From NCBI GenBank assembly GCA_973895155.1, contig OZ316895.1, positions 23,532,622-23,596,621 on the forward strand: a stretch of DNA of 64,000 bases, read 5' to 3'. This document shows, piece after piece, positions 1 to 17,610 of the stretch; the first letter of the stretch is position 1; the number at the start of each line of letters is the position of its first letter. The translations under genes and the position numbers were made by a program. This stretch comes from Marsupella aquatica. Taxonomy: Eukaryota > Plantae > Marchantiophyta. Under the pieces are notes generated by a model. The model searched no databases, was not told the origin of the DNA, and worked only from the letters and a program-made list of their open reading frames with translations.

Positions 1-605
1 AAACTCGGATTGTAAAGAGATTTTTACTACGAGAACATAATTTTCTTCTGTGAATGTCGTAGGAAAGGACCTCAAGCACTCCAGACGAAGAAGTGACCCG
101 GCATGATCGTTGGGTGACAGACTATCTACCACATTCATGAAGAAAACGGTAGGGGCTCGAAATGAGCGAGCATAGAAGCAAAGCATTGGGTAAGAGATCA
201 TACACCACAATTTCTGCCAAAGCTGGTATGCACAGTTCCTTCCATCTATGTGTGGGGTAGAGGGATTTGAGCCCCACATAAAACCCCTGAAAAATATGCC
301 GACAAAACATTATATCTCTCACCAGTGAAGCTTTCAGCACATATCCCTATGGTGTTCATTCTGCAAGTATCAAGTTGAGACGGTGGAAATGACTACACCA
401 AAGTCCCCCGCTCACACTGTCTCGTTTAAAACATAACTACTTGCAGAAGCTAAATCTAACGCCCAACTAATCACTGTTTTATATGATGAGAAAAGCAATT
501 GCGGGCAGTGATGATGGACACAACTACACTAATGCTCACAATTCACCATCAAGAGCAACTCTTGGAAAGATGCCCAGGCTAACTTGTCCAATTCCCGGAC
601 TAGAT

Positions 606-5170
<4,565 letters not shown>

Positions 5171-5829
5171 ACTGACTGTTGGAGTTCAACGAGCAGGCAA
5201 GAAACTTAATTCAAATTCCCAAAAACTATCGCAGCATTGTCATCCCTTGCACATGGGTTCTACGAAAGAGCTTAGAATTTGCCAAAAGCATGACCACTCC
5301 GACCACTGCTAAAAATTCCTTTACATAACACGACACTTAGCCAGTCCATGAAGTAGCTAGCTGGTGTGGTCTCCCAGCCCACCACCTTAGCTATCTAGTT
5401 GTCAATGGACGAATCTAGGAAGTACTTCCTGTTGGACGGAGCTGTCAAGATGCTATGCAGGCACTCTGAGGGGGAACTTAGTGACCTCGTGACACCTCTC
5501 GCGTTTAGTCCTTCGTGGCAAGTGGGTTCTTCTCCGCTGTGCTCTCTCCTAGTCCTCTCGGTAGCTCGATTCCGGTTCGAGCTCTCCTTCTAATCCTCTA
5601 ATGAACTTCTGTGCTGCTGTTCCGAGTACAGTCTCTGGAAAGGCCCTACAGAACTGTAGTTCTGAATATGATGAAGATCTTGCTGCTCAACCGTCTGGGA
5701 TGGAATCCAGGCAACCATACGTCTGGGATGAAGTTCGGCAGCAGCAACGAGCTTGAGTCAGTGTGAGCGAGCCAGCTAGACGGGCAGACCCCTTTCCAGA
5801 AATCCCGGAACCTGGACGCTGCAGTTAGG

Positions 5830-6280
5830 GAGAGATAGATAGAGGATAGATTGAGAGGGTGGATAAGTCATTGCTGCATTGTTGTTCTCTATCCACAGCT
5901 TCCTCCTTCACCTCATCCATCATCAAACCACCGGCAGCTTGCCTCCTGACAAGTTACACCCTCCTAATCCTCACAATCTGTCACTCATCCACCGCACCTC
6001 ACCCCCTCTTTCGCTGTTCCCTTTCCCTCCTCGCCTTTCTCCTCTTCCTCCTCCTCCCCCGCTTCCTTATCGTTAGCTTTGCTTCATCCCCTTCTCCGCC
6101 TTCATTCCTCCCCACAATTCCCATCCACAATTCTAACCCAATCCACTTCATTATTATTACTAATCACGCAGCCTGGAATTACGAAGCCACGCTACTTTTT
6201 CGTCTTCCTCAGTTCTCCTCTCTCCCCTCTTCGCTCCCCTCTCTGTCACCTTGCTTACCTCGTTTCCTCTTCGTTAGCTC
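5830..6280. promoter_or_regulatory. GA/CT-rich low-complexity tract upstream of the YY1-like gene (probable promoter/5' UTR region)
   Basis: GAGAGATAGATAGAGG run at about 5830-5860 followed by a long pyrimidine-rich tract at about 5990-6280. Function is inferred from position only. Confidence 0.3.
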
Positions 6281-7219
6281 CAAGTAACAGAGGAGGGAGC
6301 TCACACAGAGAACAAACGACACAGGGAGAGTTCGGATAGGAGGGTGGTATCTGTGGAGCCAATGGGAGCAAGTCTAGATGAGCTGACGGGGCAGATATGG
6401 AGGTAGAGGCACCCGAATTCATAAGGCTCACAGTCGTCCACATTGCCCCTCCTACTACTCTCCTTTGTCATACTCATCACCACTTTCGCATTCTCCACCT
6501 CTTCCCCAATCCAATCATTACAGTCAGCCCCGTCTGCATATCCCCTGGTAGGAAGGCAACAGACACGCTTGCACTGTTGCACAGGTCAGAAGCAAGTAAT
6601 GATAAAAGTAAAGTAAGCAGGCAGGCAGCCTACCCAGGTCCCAGGCCAAGCTGATGATAATAGACGGGCACACACACCACAAGCTTCCAAACGGGCAGCA
6701 TGCCAACAAATCAGAATTGCCTCGTTGGGGTTTGTCTGTTGAGAGCCAGCCAGTGAGTGAGCCAGCCTCATTTTGCCATGGAACTGTAGCACACAGCCCA
6801 TGCAAATTCGGCTAGCTACAGTCCACTAGACCACAGTCCACCAGAGGCCCACAGCGCTGGAGCTAGTGAGCTATAATAAAAGGGCCTATCTGGCTACTAC
6901 TGCAATCACTAGAGTGGCTGAGATTTGTAGCTAAGGTGGGGCACTTTACCATCACTTTTTATGGAGTCATTCCATCTTTACTTATTTGACAGAAAGCTAA
7001 ATAAGGTGGGGTGTCTTTTACCTTTGCTTTCCAATTTACTCCTCTTTTCTCTCTTTTTACCTAACTTTATATAGTTTCCATATGAGAGGTACTAGAAAAG
7101 TAGTTGTGGATTCATCGCAAAGGTTCTTTGGAGATTTTTTAAGATTGGCAGTTACTATATTAGCTTTAGTGTCCTGTCTTTGAGTATAAATAGAGGTGAG
7201 TAGATTCAAGTTGGTTACT

Positions 7220-7519
7220 TCATTTTTCAGAGACTCACCCTGCCCCCATTCCCTATTTTCTGCTTGCACCCCCACCTTCAGTTGCGCCCCCTGAGTCCCC
7301 CAGAGTTAGGGTCTAGTGTCATTTTTCAGAGACTCACCCTACCCCCATTCCCTATTTTCTGCTCACACCCCCAACTTCAGTCGCGCCCCCAGAGTCCCCC
7401 CAGAGTCAGGGTCTAGTGTCATTTTCCAGAGACTCACCCTGCCCCCATTCCCTATTTTCTGCTTGCACCCCTAACTTCAGTTGTGCCCCCAGAGTCCCCC
7501 TAGAGTCAGGGTCTAGTGA
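7220..7519. repeat. Tandem repeat, about 100-bp unit x3
   Basis: TCATTTTTCAGAGACTCACCCT...GGGTCTAGTG recurs at about 7220, 7319 and 7419. Confidence 0.9.
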
Positions 7520-7715
7520 TTTTCCTTTAGATTTGTAAGCCTTGAGGAGTAGCTTTGGATGTAATCATAAATTTAGATTGTGAAAGCAATACTTGAGTCC
7601 TCCAAGAAATGTCCCAAAAATGAATCCCCCCTTCTAAATCTATTGGGTCATGATATATCTTTCGGGCTGATTTCTTCAATTTGTATCTATTTGAAGCAAG
7701 TTGCTAAAGCCAATG

Positions 7716-7893
7716 CTTTCTCATCTGTAAGTTGAGTAGTAAGCTTTTGAATTTCTGATGTTCCGTTTATACACCTGCTTTATGAAGCTGCTATGTGGCG
7801 CATGCCCTTTCTCATCTGTAAGTTGAGTAGTAAGCTTTTGAATTTCTGATGTTCCCTTTATACACCTGCTTTATGAAGCTGCTATGTGCCGCA
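7716..7893. repeat. Tandem duplication, about 91-bp unit x2
   Basis: CTTTCTCATCTGTAAGTTGAGTAGTAAGC...GCTGCTATGTG occurs twice, nearly identical. Confidence 0.9.
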
Positions 7894-10297
7894 ACTCTGG
7901 TGATCTGCTCTGGAAGTATGTTCTAGAGATGATTATTTAAATTTTTATTTCTTAGGGGGGATTTATGCACTGAAGCTCACATGAACCCAACTTTTGACAA
8001 AATGCCGGTGGACCGGCTCCACCCAGATAGACTGCAGACCAATTTTGGTACCCATATAGCACTTTTTCTTTGTAAGAAAATCCATAGTTTTCTGGTCAGC
8101 AGTAATCTGGTCCATCTGGGTTCCAAAGGTTCATAGGAGGGGTCGATCGGAGCACTACCCCGAGCATTACTTGGGGGGTTTCTTCTTTGTGTTTCCCATA
8201 ATGGCTTTCTTTGTTTCCATTTTCTTTTCTCTTTTTTGTCTACCAAGCTGCAACAGTACCCCCTAATAGACTCACAGCCTTGGCACTAGGCCTTTGTAAA
8301 ATGTTTCTATATGCCAAGGATTTTGAACTCTTGACCTCCCACGTCCAGTTAAAGCCTTTCAACCATTGTGCTAGGGACCAAAAACTTTGGTCCAAAATGG
8401 GATGACGTAAGATCAGTTTCTGGTGTAAAAACATCTCCACTGATTTGAAGGCCGATGCTCCCCAAACAACAGAAACACTTGTCCATTTAATGGCATTGTC
8501 ATGGCAATGTTGCTATTGACAATCCACAATTCTTCTAAAAATCCCTTCAACTGACCTCCATTCCTCAAACTGTGTGTTTGTACCTTCAATTGTATGATAC
8601 AAATGGATCTGATTGAGCCTTTCTGCCATTGTTGAAAATGGAGTTCTGAAGAGCAGAATATTTAGAGATAAATTACCAGTGGGGAGGGAAATTATCTGCA
8701 AATCCCCCATAAACACACAAGGTGGTTATGAAGACTCAGATGGAAGCAATCAAACCACAGTGTAACTAAACTGGAGTTCTTAAAACTTCATTCAGTTGCC
8801 TCTTTTGGGCCCTTGTTTTGTAGTCCCAGATGAACTTCACAGCATGGAAATTCAGGAAACACACTACAGCATGACTGGCATCTCATGTTCCTTTGGAATC
8901 TTTCCTCATTAATAGATTTAAGATAAAATATTTTTTTGCTTTAAAGCGATGTAACCTTGCCTGAAGAACAAGGTGATGTAGTGCCAAAGGACATTAACGC
9001 CATAAGGGGAGACCAGGTCCCCAAGGCAAAGCAATCCAATGAAGGGAGGGAAAAGGCCCCAAGAAGACCAAAGAGGTGACACACCAAATCTTGTCAAACA
9101 AGTACATTTGAGTTGAAGTTGAGGTTCCATTAATCTATTTGTTAAGCCACCATAATTCCCATAGACAACAATGTTTGATAAGATTCTTGAGGATAACAGG
9201 GCCACTAAAATCTGCATGAAGCCTTTGGGACAAAACCAAGATTTGTATGAATGCTCATACTTATGGGTGTGAAAGATTGTTCTGGCCAGTTAGTGTCCTG
9301 AAGTCAAACATGATGGTCCATTTGAGCATCAACTTCACTTTTTTGAAAGTTCCACAAATAAGGCAGTGTCTCAAGGCATAGCTCCAATTGGCACAGAGGT
9401 TGGCACAATCACAAAGAGGAGAGGAATTGGCCGGGATGGTGACCAGTTTCTCTTTCCTGCTAGTAAACACTTTGAATATACAATGTAAATTGATAATTTT
9501 CACTACAAAGAAAAGGAAGCAACAACCAAAAGACCGTGGAGGGATAAAACCAATAGAGTTGGTACAGAAGTTGGCCTTCAAAACACAATTGAAACCATCT
9601 GCAAGCATTCCTGTCTCATCTTGGAGTGGAAGGCTATCTTAGCACTATAATATGCAGTCTGGCTCTTTCTTTCTCATGGTCTGTTTATGAAATGTCATTA
9701 TTTTGGTGTAAAGCCTCCATACCCATAAGATTCTAGTGACTTTTTTTTTCCCTACCCAGGCAATGGACCCTAAAGTTGCCACTGGCTGTGCACCTCTGCC
9801 TCACCAAACATGTCACTCTCCCCTTAGCTCTCACACTCCTTGAACTCCACGTTGTCATGCTACCTGACCATCTCATTTATGCTCAACACACTGCTCAACA
9901 TCACTTCTTATTGACAATAGTATGCCAAGGCAGGACATGGGGCTAGTTGACAATAAAGTCAATGATTGCTGACTTGTGATGCAGGCAAGGCTAGTGGAAA
10001 AATCTCTTCACAAGACAAAAAGTGAAAATCTAAAGTTCTGTTGGCTTGGAATAAAGCAAATGGTCAAGGTAGATAAAGAATTTGCTTGATTGTCCCATGG
10101 GATACTCCATAGTTGCAGGCATAGTTGAAAACATTGGAACCTGGCCTGATGACCCCAAATGTCAGTTGCATGGCTTGCAAACACAAATAACTTTGAGGTC
10201 TCACTTCTGTGAAAATGGCACATTTAGTGCACCAAAACATAGGGTAACATTATAGGCTTTTAATTCCAACTTTCAGACTTAAGTTATTAGGGGTTTG

Positions 10298-10637
10298 TGT
10301 TGAGCATAGACAACATTCACAATGACATGCCCATAATCATCCCACGAACAAGCAATCGACACATGGAGAGAGATACGTGCGTGGTTCACCTCAACTGAGA
10401 CTACGGCCATGGGAACACACAAGAGCTTTACTACACTCTAGGCCCGTCGGTCATATTGAGTCCCCGCAATACAAACTCTCCCTATCTCTCAATTAGCTCT
10501 ATAACAATGAGCTTGTGTTCCTCCTATTCACTCAGACACTGCTTGTGTATATAGTGTGCAGCACAACTAACCTAACCAACTTTGCGACTAAGGTTAGCCT
10601 AACTAAGGATGCACTCATAACTCTGACCTAACTTACA
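10298..10637. mobile_element. Solo LTR (340 bp)
   Basis: TGTTGAG...CTTACA termini, 5-bp TSD GTTTG on both sides, and homology to the element at 60094-60439 (shared GTGGTTCACCTC and GGGAACACACAAGAGCTTTACT). Confidence 0.85.
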
Positions 10638-13609
10638 GTTTGAGCATTCAAAACGCTGCACGGGACGGGGGCTCCATATAGTGCCACCCCCAAGGCCTAG
10701 AAAAAATTGTATGGCTTCAAGTGGAGGGAATTAAGGGGGCTACAGTTTGCTGCCCAACTGGCCCAGTTTTAGATTCATGGTCTGTTTTAGGATTTATATT
10801 CAAATTGCACTTTGCAACCTTACTATGCAGTTCCTCTACTAGACATTTCAATTTGTTGCTGAGTTAGTAGAACTTTAGTTCTTTGGCCATTTGTACTGTT
10901 GGGGCTATTTTGGCTCTTTGGTTTTCTTCGGATTTTCCTATGGATTCCCCCATTTGTTTGTTTGGTTTTTGTCCTATTTGGATTGTTTCCATCGTTAGTG
11001 GGTTCTTACTTGGGGTTCCTTTCTCCCAGTATGACCCATTTGGTTGTTTCTTTTGTACTCTTATATATTCCATAGTTTCAACCCAACCAGCCTGAAAAAT
11101 CTTACATCTTTATCACGTGGCTTCCAACGCATCTGTAAGTAATTGAAGGTTTATTAAATTATTCGTTTTGCTCTCTTTTCCTGGTAATTAAAACAGGGTT
11201 AAATGTTCCCTCACCAAACCCTATCCTGTTGCACAACACCCACGCCACTCAGCTCCTGCCACCTGCTGGGGCATGTATCATCCTTACAAAAAAAAGGAGG
11301 AAATCCAGCAACACAACAAAAGGCAATCATGAGGTTAAGGGGAGATCGAATGAGGAGGGGCCTTTGGGCTAGATTTTATTTACTGGAGGTTTTCTATTGA
11401 CTCTTAGACTAGATTTTTTAGTATCCTTTCTTGCCCATCTGATTCATGGCAGTAGTTTATCAGTTATATTGCATTATTTATGGAGCTGCATGGAAAGTGA
11501 GGTACTTAGCAGTGGGGGCCCCATTGGCCAGGGCCCACTCCTCTCTGCATACTCATGAGGGCTAAGCAATCAGGAAAAGCGAAGGCCAAGTCAAAATCTG
11601 ATCCTTGCATGTGGGTCCCATATTTTGAATCTTGCTTTTTCATTCTACTGTATGACATATCCTATGACTGTAGATATAATTGTTTTTGAATTTTGGGGAT
11701 TAACAAGATTTTTATCTCCATTTCTTGAGCATGGTACAGCCTAATTTTGAAGGTTTTTCCATTTTGCCAGTGTGGCGAATGTCACCTTGCGAGAAGGAGA
11801 AGATGCCAGGAATATTCCTTATCTACTTTACTACATTAATCTCTGGAGATGTTACGATGACCCTTAGATTCTGGCTATTGGGGTCATAGCTACAGTAGGT
11901 GGGAATCTGGCTAATGGAACATAGAAAACCTACACTAGTGAAGTACGGCCAAAGTGGTCAGGGCTTCTTAGTCAATTGTTAGCACTAAAAAAAACATGCT
12001 TGGCACCTCCTTGGAACCATGCAGTCCAACTGCACAGTTTTATGGAATGAGGGTGACCAAGGATTGCGCTTTTGACGACAGTGATATAAATAGATTAAAC
12101 TCTCGATGTTGCATGGATTCTATGTGGAAGGCTAACCCGTACCCATAGAAAAATGAAAAAATATGCATGCAGTTCAATTCCCACCACACGTATAAATCTC
12201 ATGTGAAGATATGCTCTATACAATATGATTGTGTAAGGTAACGCGTGGCCTTGAGATTACAAAGGAAAAAACATACAGTAGGGGTTTATTTCTATAGGAA
12301 TCCAATGGTGACGACCAGTGTTCCCGTTCTGTGCAAATATTTAGCACTTTTGCTCCGGGGTGAAGGGGCTTGCAAATAATACAATGAGGGATTTAAACTG
12401 TTTTAGTAACTTATCTGCAATATCAACTGTCTGGATCTGACTGTACATAGATATGATGGTCATAATGTGACCATACAAGTCCAATATGCAGTTTTATCTA
12501 AGTGACAATTTCTTAACTGGCTATAAGTAGCACCTGCCTAAAAACAAACGGAAACACTGGTGAGGACCCAGGTTTTGACTATCATTGTACAATGAATCTT
12601 GACACAAATATAGATCATTGTTATCTAAACTACTAGAATAACTCAGACCTCCATGTCTATTACTCCTCTAAATGTGACGATTGACAAACACATTTCAAAA
12701 TGAGCATGATGGTTTACATATCCTTTGTTTACCATTTGATGTGGAAAAAGAGTCTGGCATACTCAGGACTGCCTGCCACCCCAATATCTCCCTTTTCCTC
12801 CCTATCATTGCAGTGCAGACATGACTGTCGGGCTGACCTGGATACACAAAATGTCCAGCCACCGCACCAATTTCCACTACAACACTATGCACCTCTTTTG
12901 CGAACCACCACCCTTCGCATCATACAAAGGAAACAAAATCCGAAATACCCAATTTGCGAACTTACTCGCATCGCAACGTCTTCGCTACTTCCCATCTCAA
13001 ATTCTTCGCAAATGGCCCTTCGCAACTACTTCGCAACTTGCGATTCTAAATACGTCGCAACATCTCCGCAACGTTGCGACGGCACTGTCCTTGCAAATAT
13101 TGAGAAACGACAAATTTCATTATTTTGCGAGAACAAATGAATCGCTCGCGTTGCGATAACATTTACATCGCAATTTCCGATGTTAAATTTCTCTATAACT
13201 TGCGATGCAAACAAACTCGTAAGATTGCGAGAAGCGGATGACCGCTTTGTTGCGAAGGCATTTAACTCGCAAACGTGTGGAGAGGAAGTCTTCGCTAGGG
13301 TTGTGATTTAGACAACATCGCAAGTGTTGCGATGCGTTTCTCCTCGGAATGGTTGCGATACGTTCACCGTGGCTCTTTGAGATGGGGGTTGGTTCTCAAA
13401 AGCTTCGCAAAATGTATATTTCATGGGTTTTTGTGTATTTGGGTTAGGGTGAGGGTGAGGGAGACCATTCATGGGTTTTGAAGCAGGGAGGAAAGTGATG
13501 TTGACCCAGTCTGCCGCAATTAAAATGGCATTACTGAAAAAGTACAAAAGTTACAAAATGGAAGGGTAAAAACCCTTAGGTAAAGTGCCACGGCCATGCA
13601 TGCTGATCG

Positions 13610-15761
13610 CTATACATGTGAACTCGATGTAAGTGCTCTAGCTACAACTTGTCTACATCGAGCTAGAAAGGAGTGTTCCTGCCCCTCCTTGCCTTCTTCC
13701 CCTTGGCCTTCTCCTTGCCCTTGTGTGCTCTTGGGGGGGGGGGGGGGTGCAACCTGGACTTCCTCCTCCTCTTGGTCACCCTCGGGGTCACCCTCATCCT
13801 CATCCTCATCCCCACCTCCACCGCCCTGGCTTGCCGCGCTACCACCCCCAGCACCACTGGAACGTGCTGATGCAAATGACTGGTCTCCAGTGCTAGTTGG
13901 CCTGGCTTGAGTAGCAGGAGCTGTGCTCCCCTCCCCTGTCCCCTCCACATCCTCATCACTACTATCGGTGCCACCCTCGGTATGGGAGTCACCATCCTCC
14001 CCTCCCTGCTTCCATTAGCAAACTAGGGTGTCTGTTAGTCTCATATTCTTTACAAGTGTGAACAAAAGAGATATTCATTCAAAATTGCAATGAATGTAAT
14101 AACCTAAAAATTCTCACCAATAATTCATCAACTTGCTGAAAGAGATGCTCCTTCCCATGTTTCTGGCCCACCTCCATCTCAGCCGCCGTAATCTTCCTCT
14201 TGTACCTCTTGTACTAAGCCAAAACAAAACCAGCACAATTGGGTTAACACCAACCCATAACCCGATTCACATGGCTTCTAAAAATTAGGGGGTTTGTTGG
14301 GGCTGGTGGGGTGGTGCATCAAGGTTTTGGGGTTATGGAGGGTGGCATATATGGGGAAGACCCTCAAAGAACACTTAAACGATCGGAAAATTTAAAAATT
14401 CAAATTTTTGAAATTTTGCGAAGGCGCCAGCTTCGCAATCATAAGGACAATTACGTTTGCGAAGCTGGTTGCGATGCCAATGTCTTCGCAACGCCTTCGC
14501 AAACGTAAGCAAAAAAAGGGCATAATAAGGTTTGCGAAGGATTTGCGAAGCTACCCGCATCGCAAATGTATCGCAAACTCTGTCATGGCAAAAACCCGAG
14601 AGGGAAGCAACTGTACGTGACCTAATCTGACACAACAAGTCTAATTGTAACTACTTGGTGGAAATGCAAGAAAGAGTTGGCTCATTGCAGGTGTGTTGGA
14701 ATAGGAATTGGAGTAGCAAGAAGTCAAGGGAGGAGAGGGAGGTGCACTCACGAATGTTGCTTTGAGGCCGGGGAGGCCACCTTGACCCAGCCTGTGGGTG
14801 ATGTTGGGCTTGTCTCGGACTCGCTCAGCTGCCTTCAGGAACTTGTTGGGTGGATCGCCTACTTCTGCTACAACCTGCTAGAGCTGGGCTACCTTCTGCT
14901 CCATCACCTTCAGGTCCCGGTCAGACTTCCCGGCCTCCTTTGCCCTTCGAGCCTTTGCCAGCTTCTCTGTGAAATCATTGAGGAGCCTGGCTGCTTTCAA
15001 CTTCACCTCTGTCTGGTAGAAGGCCTGCCAGATATCTTCTGAGAATTGCAGCGGCCTCTGCAAATTCCTATACTCCTCCAAATCTCTAAGGTGAGACCTG
15101 ATCTTCATTCTATCATGGTATCTAGCTTGTGACATGGAGTTTGAAATTTTGTCAGCAAGCCACTGTGAATCCATCTCTCCTCCATTTCGAAATGCATCTT
15201 TCACCTGATTGATGACTCACTTCTGCTCTGCCTTTGAGCGAGTGCCCCACTCGACTCCTCTTGCAAAATTTGTGGATACAATGTGCCTGATTGTGCTCTT
15301 GGCCCCATTGTAAGCAAGCTCGGTGGGAATCCCCTCATCCTCTAAAGTAATCAGAGGCAGCTTCCTCCTTGCTGCCTCCTTCTTTCTTTGCTCCTCCCTC
15401 TGTTTCCTGATCAGGTCTCTCTCATCTTTCCTCCTCTTCTTTTCCAATGCTTGAGGCGAGAGCACTCCAGCCTGAGCTCTCTCGTCCCTCTTTCGCTTCC
15501 TCTCAGCAGCCGCCTGCTCTACTGCCTTCCTTGCATCCTCCTCCACTGCTGCTTGCCCTGCAATGAGACCTGCTTGCAAGGCTTGGCCCAGAAGGGCACT
15601 CAATGATGCCAGCCCTGCTGGACTGGTGAAATCAATTTGACTCAATTGTGCAACCGAAAAATGCTCATCCACAATCGCCTTCAATCGATCCCCCCCCCTC
15701 GGTTGCCTCCGCTGCTGCCAGAAGCTCCTCCATCACCACCAGTCCCCTCTTCGCTCGCCAT
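13610..15761 (-). pseudogene. Disrupted TnpA/Ptta-like (Transposase_24-like) gene of the CACTA element
   Basis: Reconstructed exons about 14752-15761, 14118-14213 and 13610-14047. Contains RPLQFSEDIWQAF and ITHRLGQGG, resembling the plant Transposase_24 P..W and H.LG..G motifs. In-frame stops at 15217-19 (TGA), 14878-80 (TAG) and 14015-17 (TAA), a frameshift in the G-run near 15690 and a probable one near 14770. Confidence 0.7.
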
Positions 15762-16479
15762 CGCTCCGCCCTTGCCCTCGTTGCTCTCCTCAGGCCTGAA
15801 TGAACTGAATCCGCCTTGTCCGCGCTCGGCAATCCATAAGGATTCAAAATATTGGGCTTTGCGATTCGTTTCGCATCGCAGTTTGCGATGCATCGGCCTT
15901 CGCAAAAAGCTTCGCAAATTCTATCTTTGCAAAGTTTCAAGATTCGCAAAAGCCTTCGCTATTTGGTTTTGCCATAACCCCCGTCTCGCATGCGTATTTG
16001 ATGTATTGTTAGGGATACTAAGGGGGCTTATGAACATTAAATGGGGTAGATGTAGAGGATTATGTTGCATTTTAGTGGGATGTGATGAGATAAGGATTGG
16101 GGGGGTTAGAAAATTGAAGGAGTTATATTGCAGGGTAAGAGGAGGGGGTTTGGCCTGGTTAGGGGAGGGTTTCTTTTGTGAAGGTTGGGCTTAGATTGGC
16201 TTAGATACGAGGGGTTTTATGTTTTGGGTTTGCAGGGGGTTTTATTTATGAAGGTTGGGGTTATATGTATTGGAGGGTAAGAGCTAGGAGGGGTTTTATG
16301 TTTTGGGTTTTGGGGTTTAGGCCAACTTAGGAGGGTTTGAAAGAGAGGTTTCAGTTTTATAGTATCTTGGGTTACTTTTATGGTATCTTAGGAGGGTAAC
16401 CAAGAGGGGTGGCATATAATTATGGTAGAGAGAAGCATAGGATGGTTGAAGGGAATTGACCATTTAGGTTTTTGCTAAC

Positions 16480-17510
16480 TTCATTGGCTTACGCTTTTAG
16501 AGTTCCCAAGGGTCTATGGTGGGTTTTTATTGCATGACACTCACCTTTCACTTGAAGCGGGATGAGGTTTTGGTTTTTATGCTAACAATTGAGGGAAATC
16601 CCATGTAATCATGATCCAGTGCAGGACCATCACTGCTTCCTCAACTTTTGTCTAATGCATATGCATTGTGGGAACCCGGACATCTAAAAGGTATATTTAA
16701 ACATGTATGTTAGCAGGGTTTGATAAAGAGATTGTTCATAAACCTTGCCCTTCTTTGTTGTGCAAGAATATCTATATGCACATGTTTGGGGGTCTACAAC
16801 TTGAGAGAAGCTAATGGCTATCCAAACTTACTTTTTTGTTTCCAGTATTTTCCTCGTGCTTCTAGATTCAGCTCATGTTCAATGAGCCACACGACCTACA
16901 GGCACTATTGAGTCCGGATCTCATTCAGGTAATTATTGTCCAACTTCATTCTGGGCTTAGGCCTTTAGAGTTTTCCCAGGGGTCTAGGGTGGGTTTTTAT
17001 TGCATGACACTCACCTTTCACTCGAGGGGGGATAAGGGTTTAGGGTTTAGGGTTTTATGCTAACAATTGAGGGGAAAACCCATGTAATCATGATACAACG
17101 CAGGGCCAACACTACTACCTCAACTTTTGTCTAATGCATATGCATTGTGGGAACCCGGGCATCTAAAAGGTATAACATCATGTATACAGTCAATGTTGTT
17201 AGTACAGATTTTTATGCTTGCCCTTCTTTGTTGTGCCATGATATATGTGGGTAAATGTCTAAGATTCCACAACTTGACGGCTGCTAATTACCATCCAAAC
17301 TTACATTTTGTTTCCAGTATTTTCCTCCTACTTCTAGATTTGGCAAATGTTCCAAAAATCACGTGACCTATAGGCACTGTTGAGCCCGGGTCTCATTCAG
17401 GTAATAATCTAACCTCACTTAGGACATAGGGTATTACAATTTTCCCAAAGGTTATAATGTGGTTTCTTCTTGCATGACACTCACCTTAATTTGGGTTTCA
17501 TGCTAACAAA
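16480..17510. repeat. Diverged internal tandem repeat, about 470-bp unit x about 2.2, in the CACTA intergenic region
   Basis: TTGCATGACACTCACCTT recurs at about 16530, 17000 and 17470. TGTCTAATGCATATGCATTGTGGGAACCCGG recurs at about 16650 and 17128. Confidence 0.85.
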
Positions 17511-17610
17511 TATAAAAGGGTAATAAAGCCCCATGTATAAACCAACCTAATTGTTTTTTGAGTTCATTTTTTTAAAAATCGCTTTATATATGGCCTAATT
17601 TTTCCTAATC

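Noticed and set aside
7980-10250. Stop-riddled coding-like region, possibly a decayed transposon
   Set aside because: No diagnostic RT, integrase or transposase motif could be recognised by eye. BLASTx would be needed.
12700-13214. ORFs at the CACTA left end (and likewise 23418-24077 at the right end)
   Set aside because: They run through subterminal repeat arrays and cross the element boundary, so they are not credible proteins.
14878-15219. In-frame stops in the TnpA-like gene as sites of U-to-C editing or readthrough
   Set aside because: Reverse editing is organellar, and accompanying frameshifts indicate ordinary pseudogenisation.
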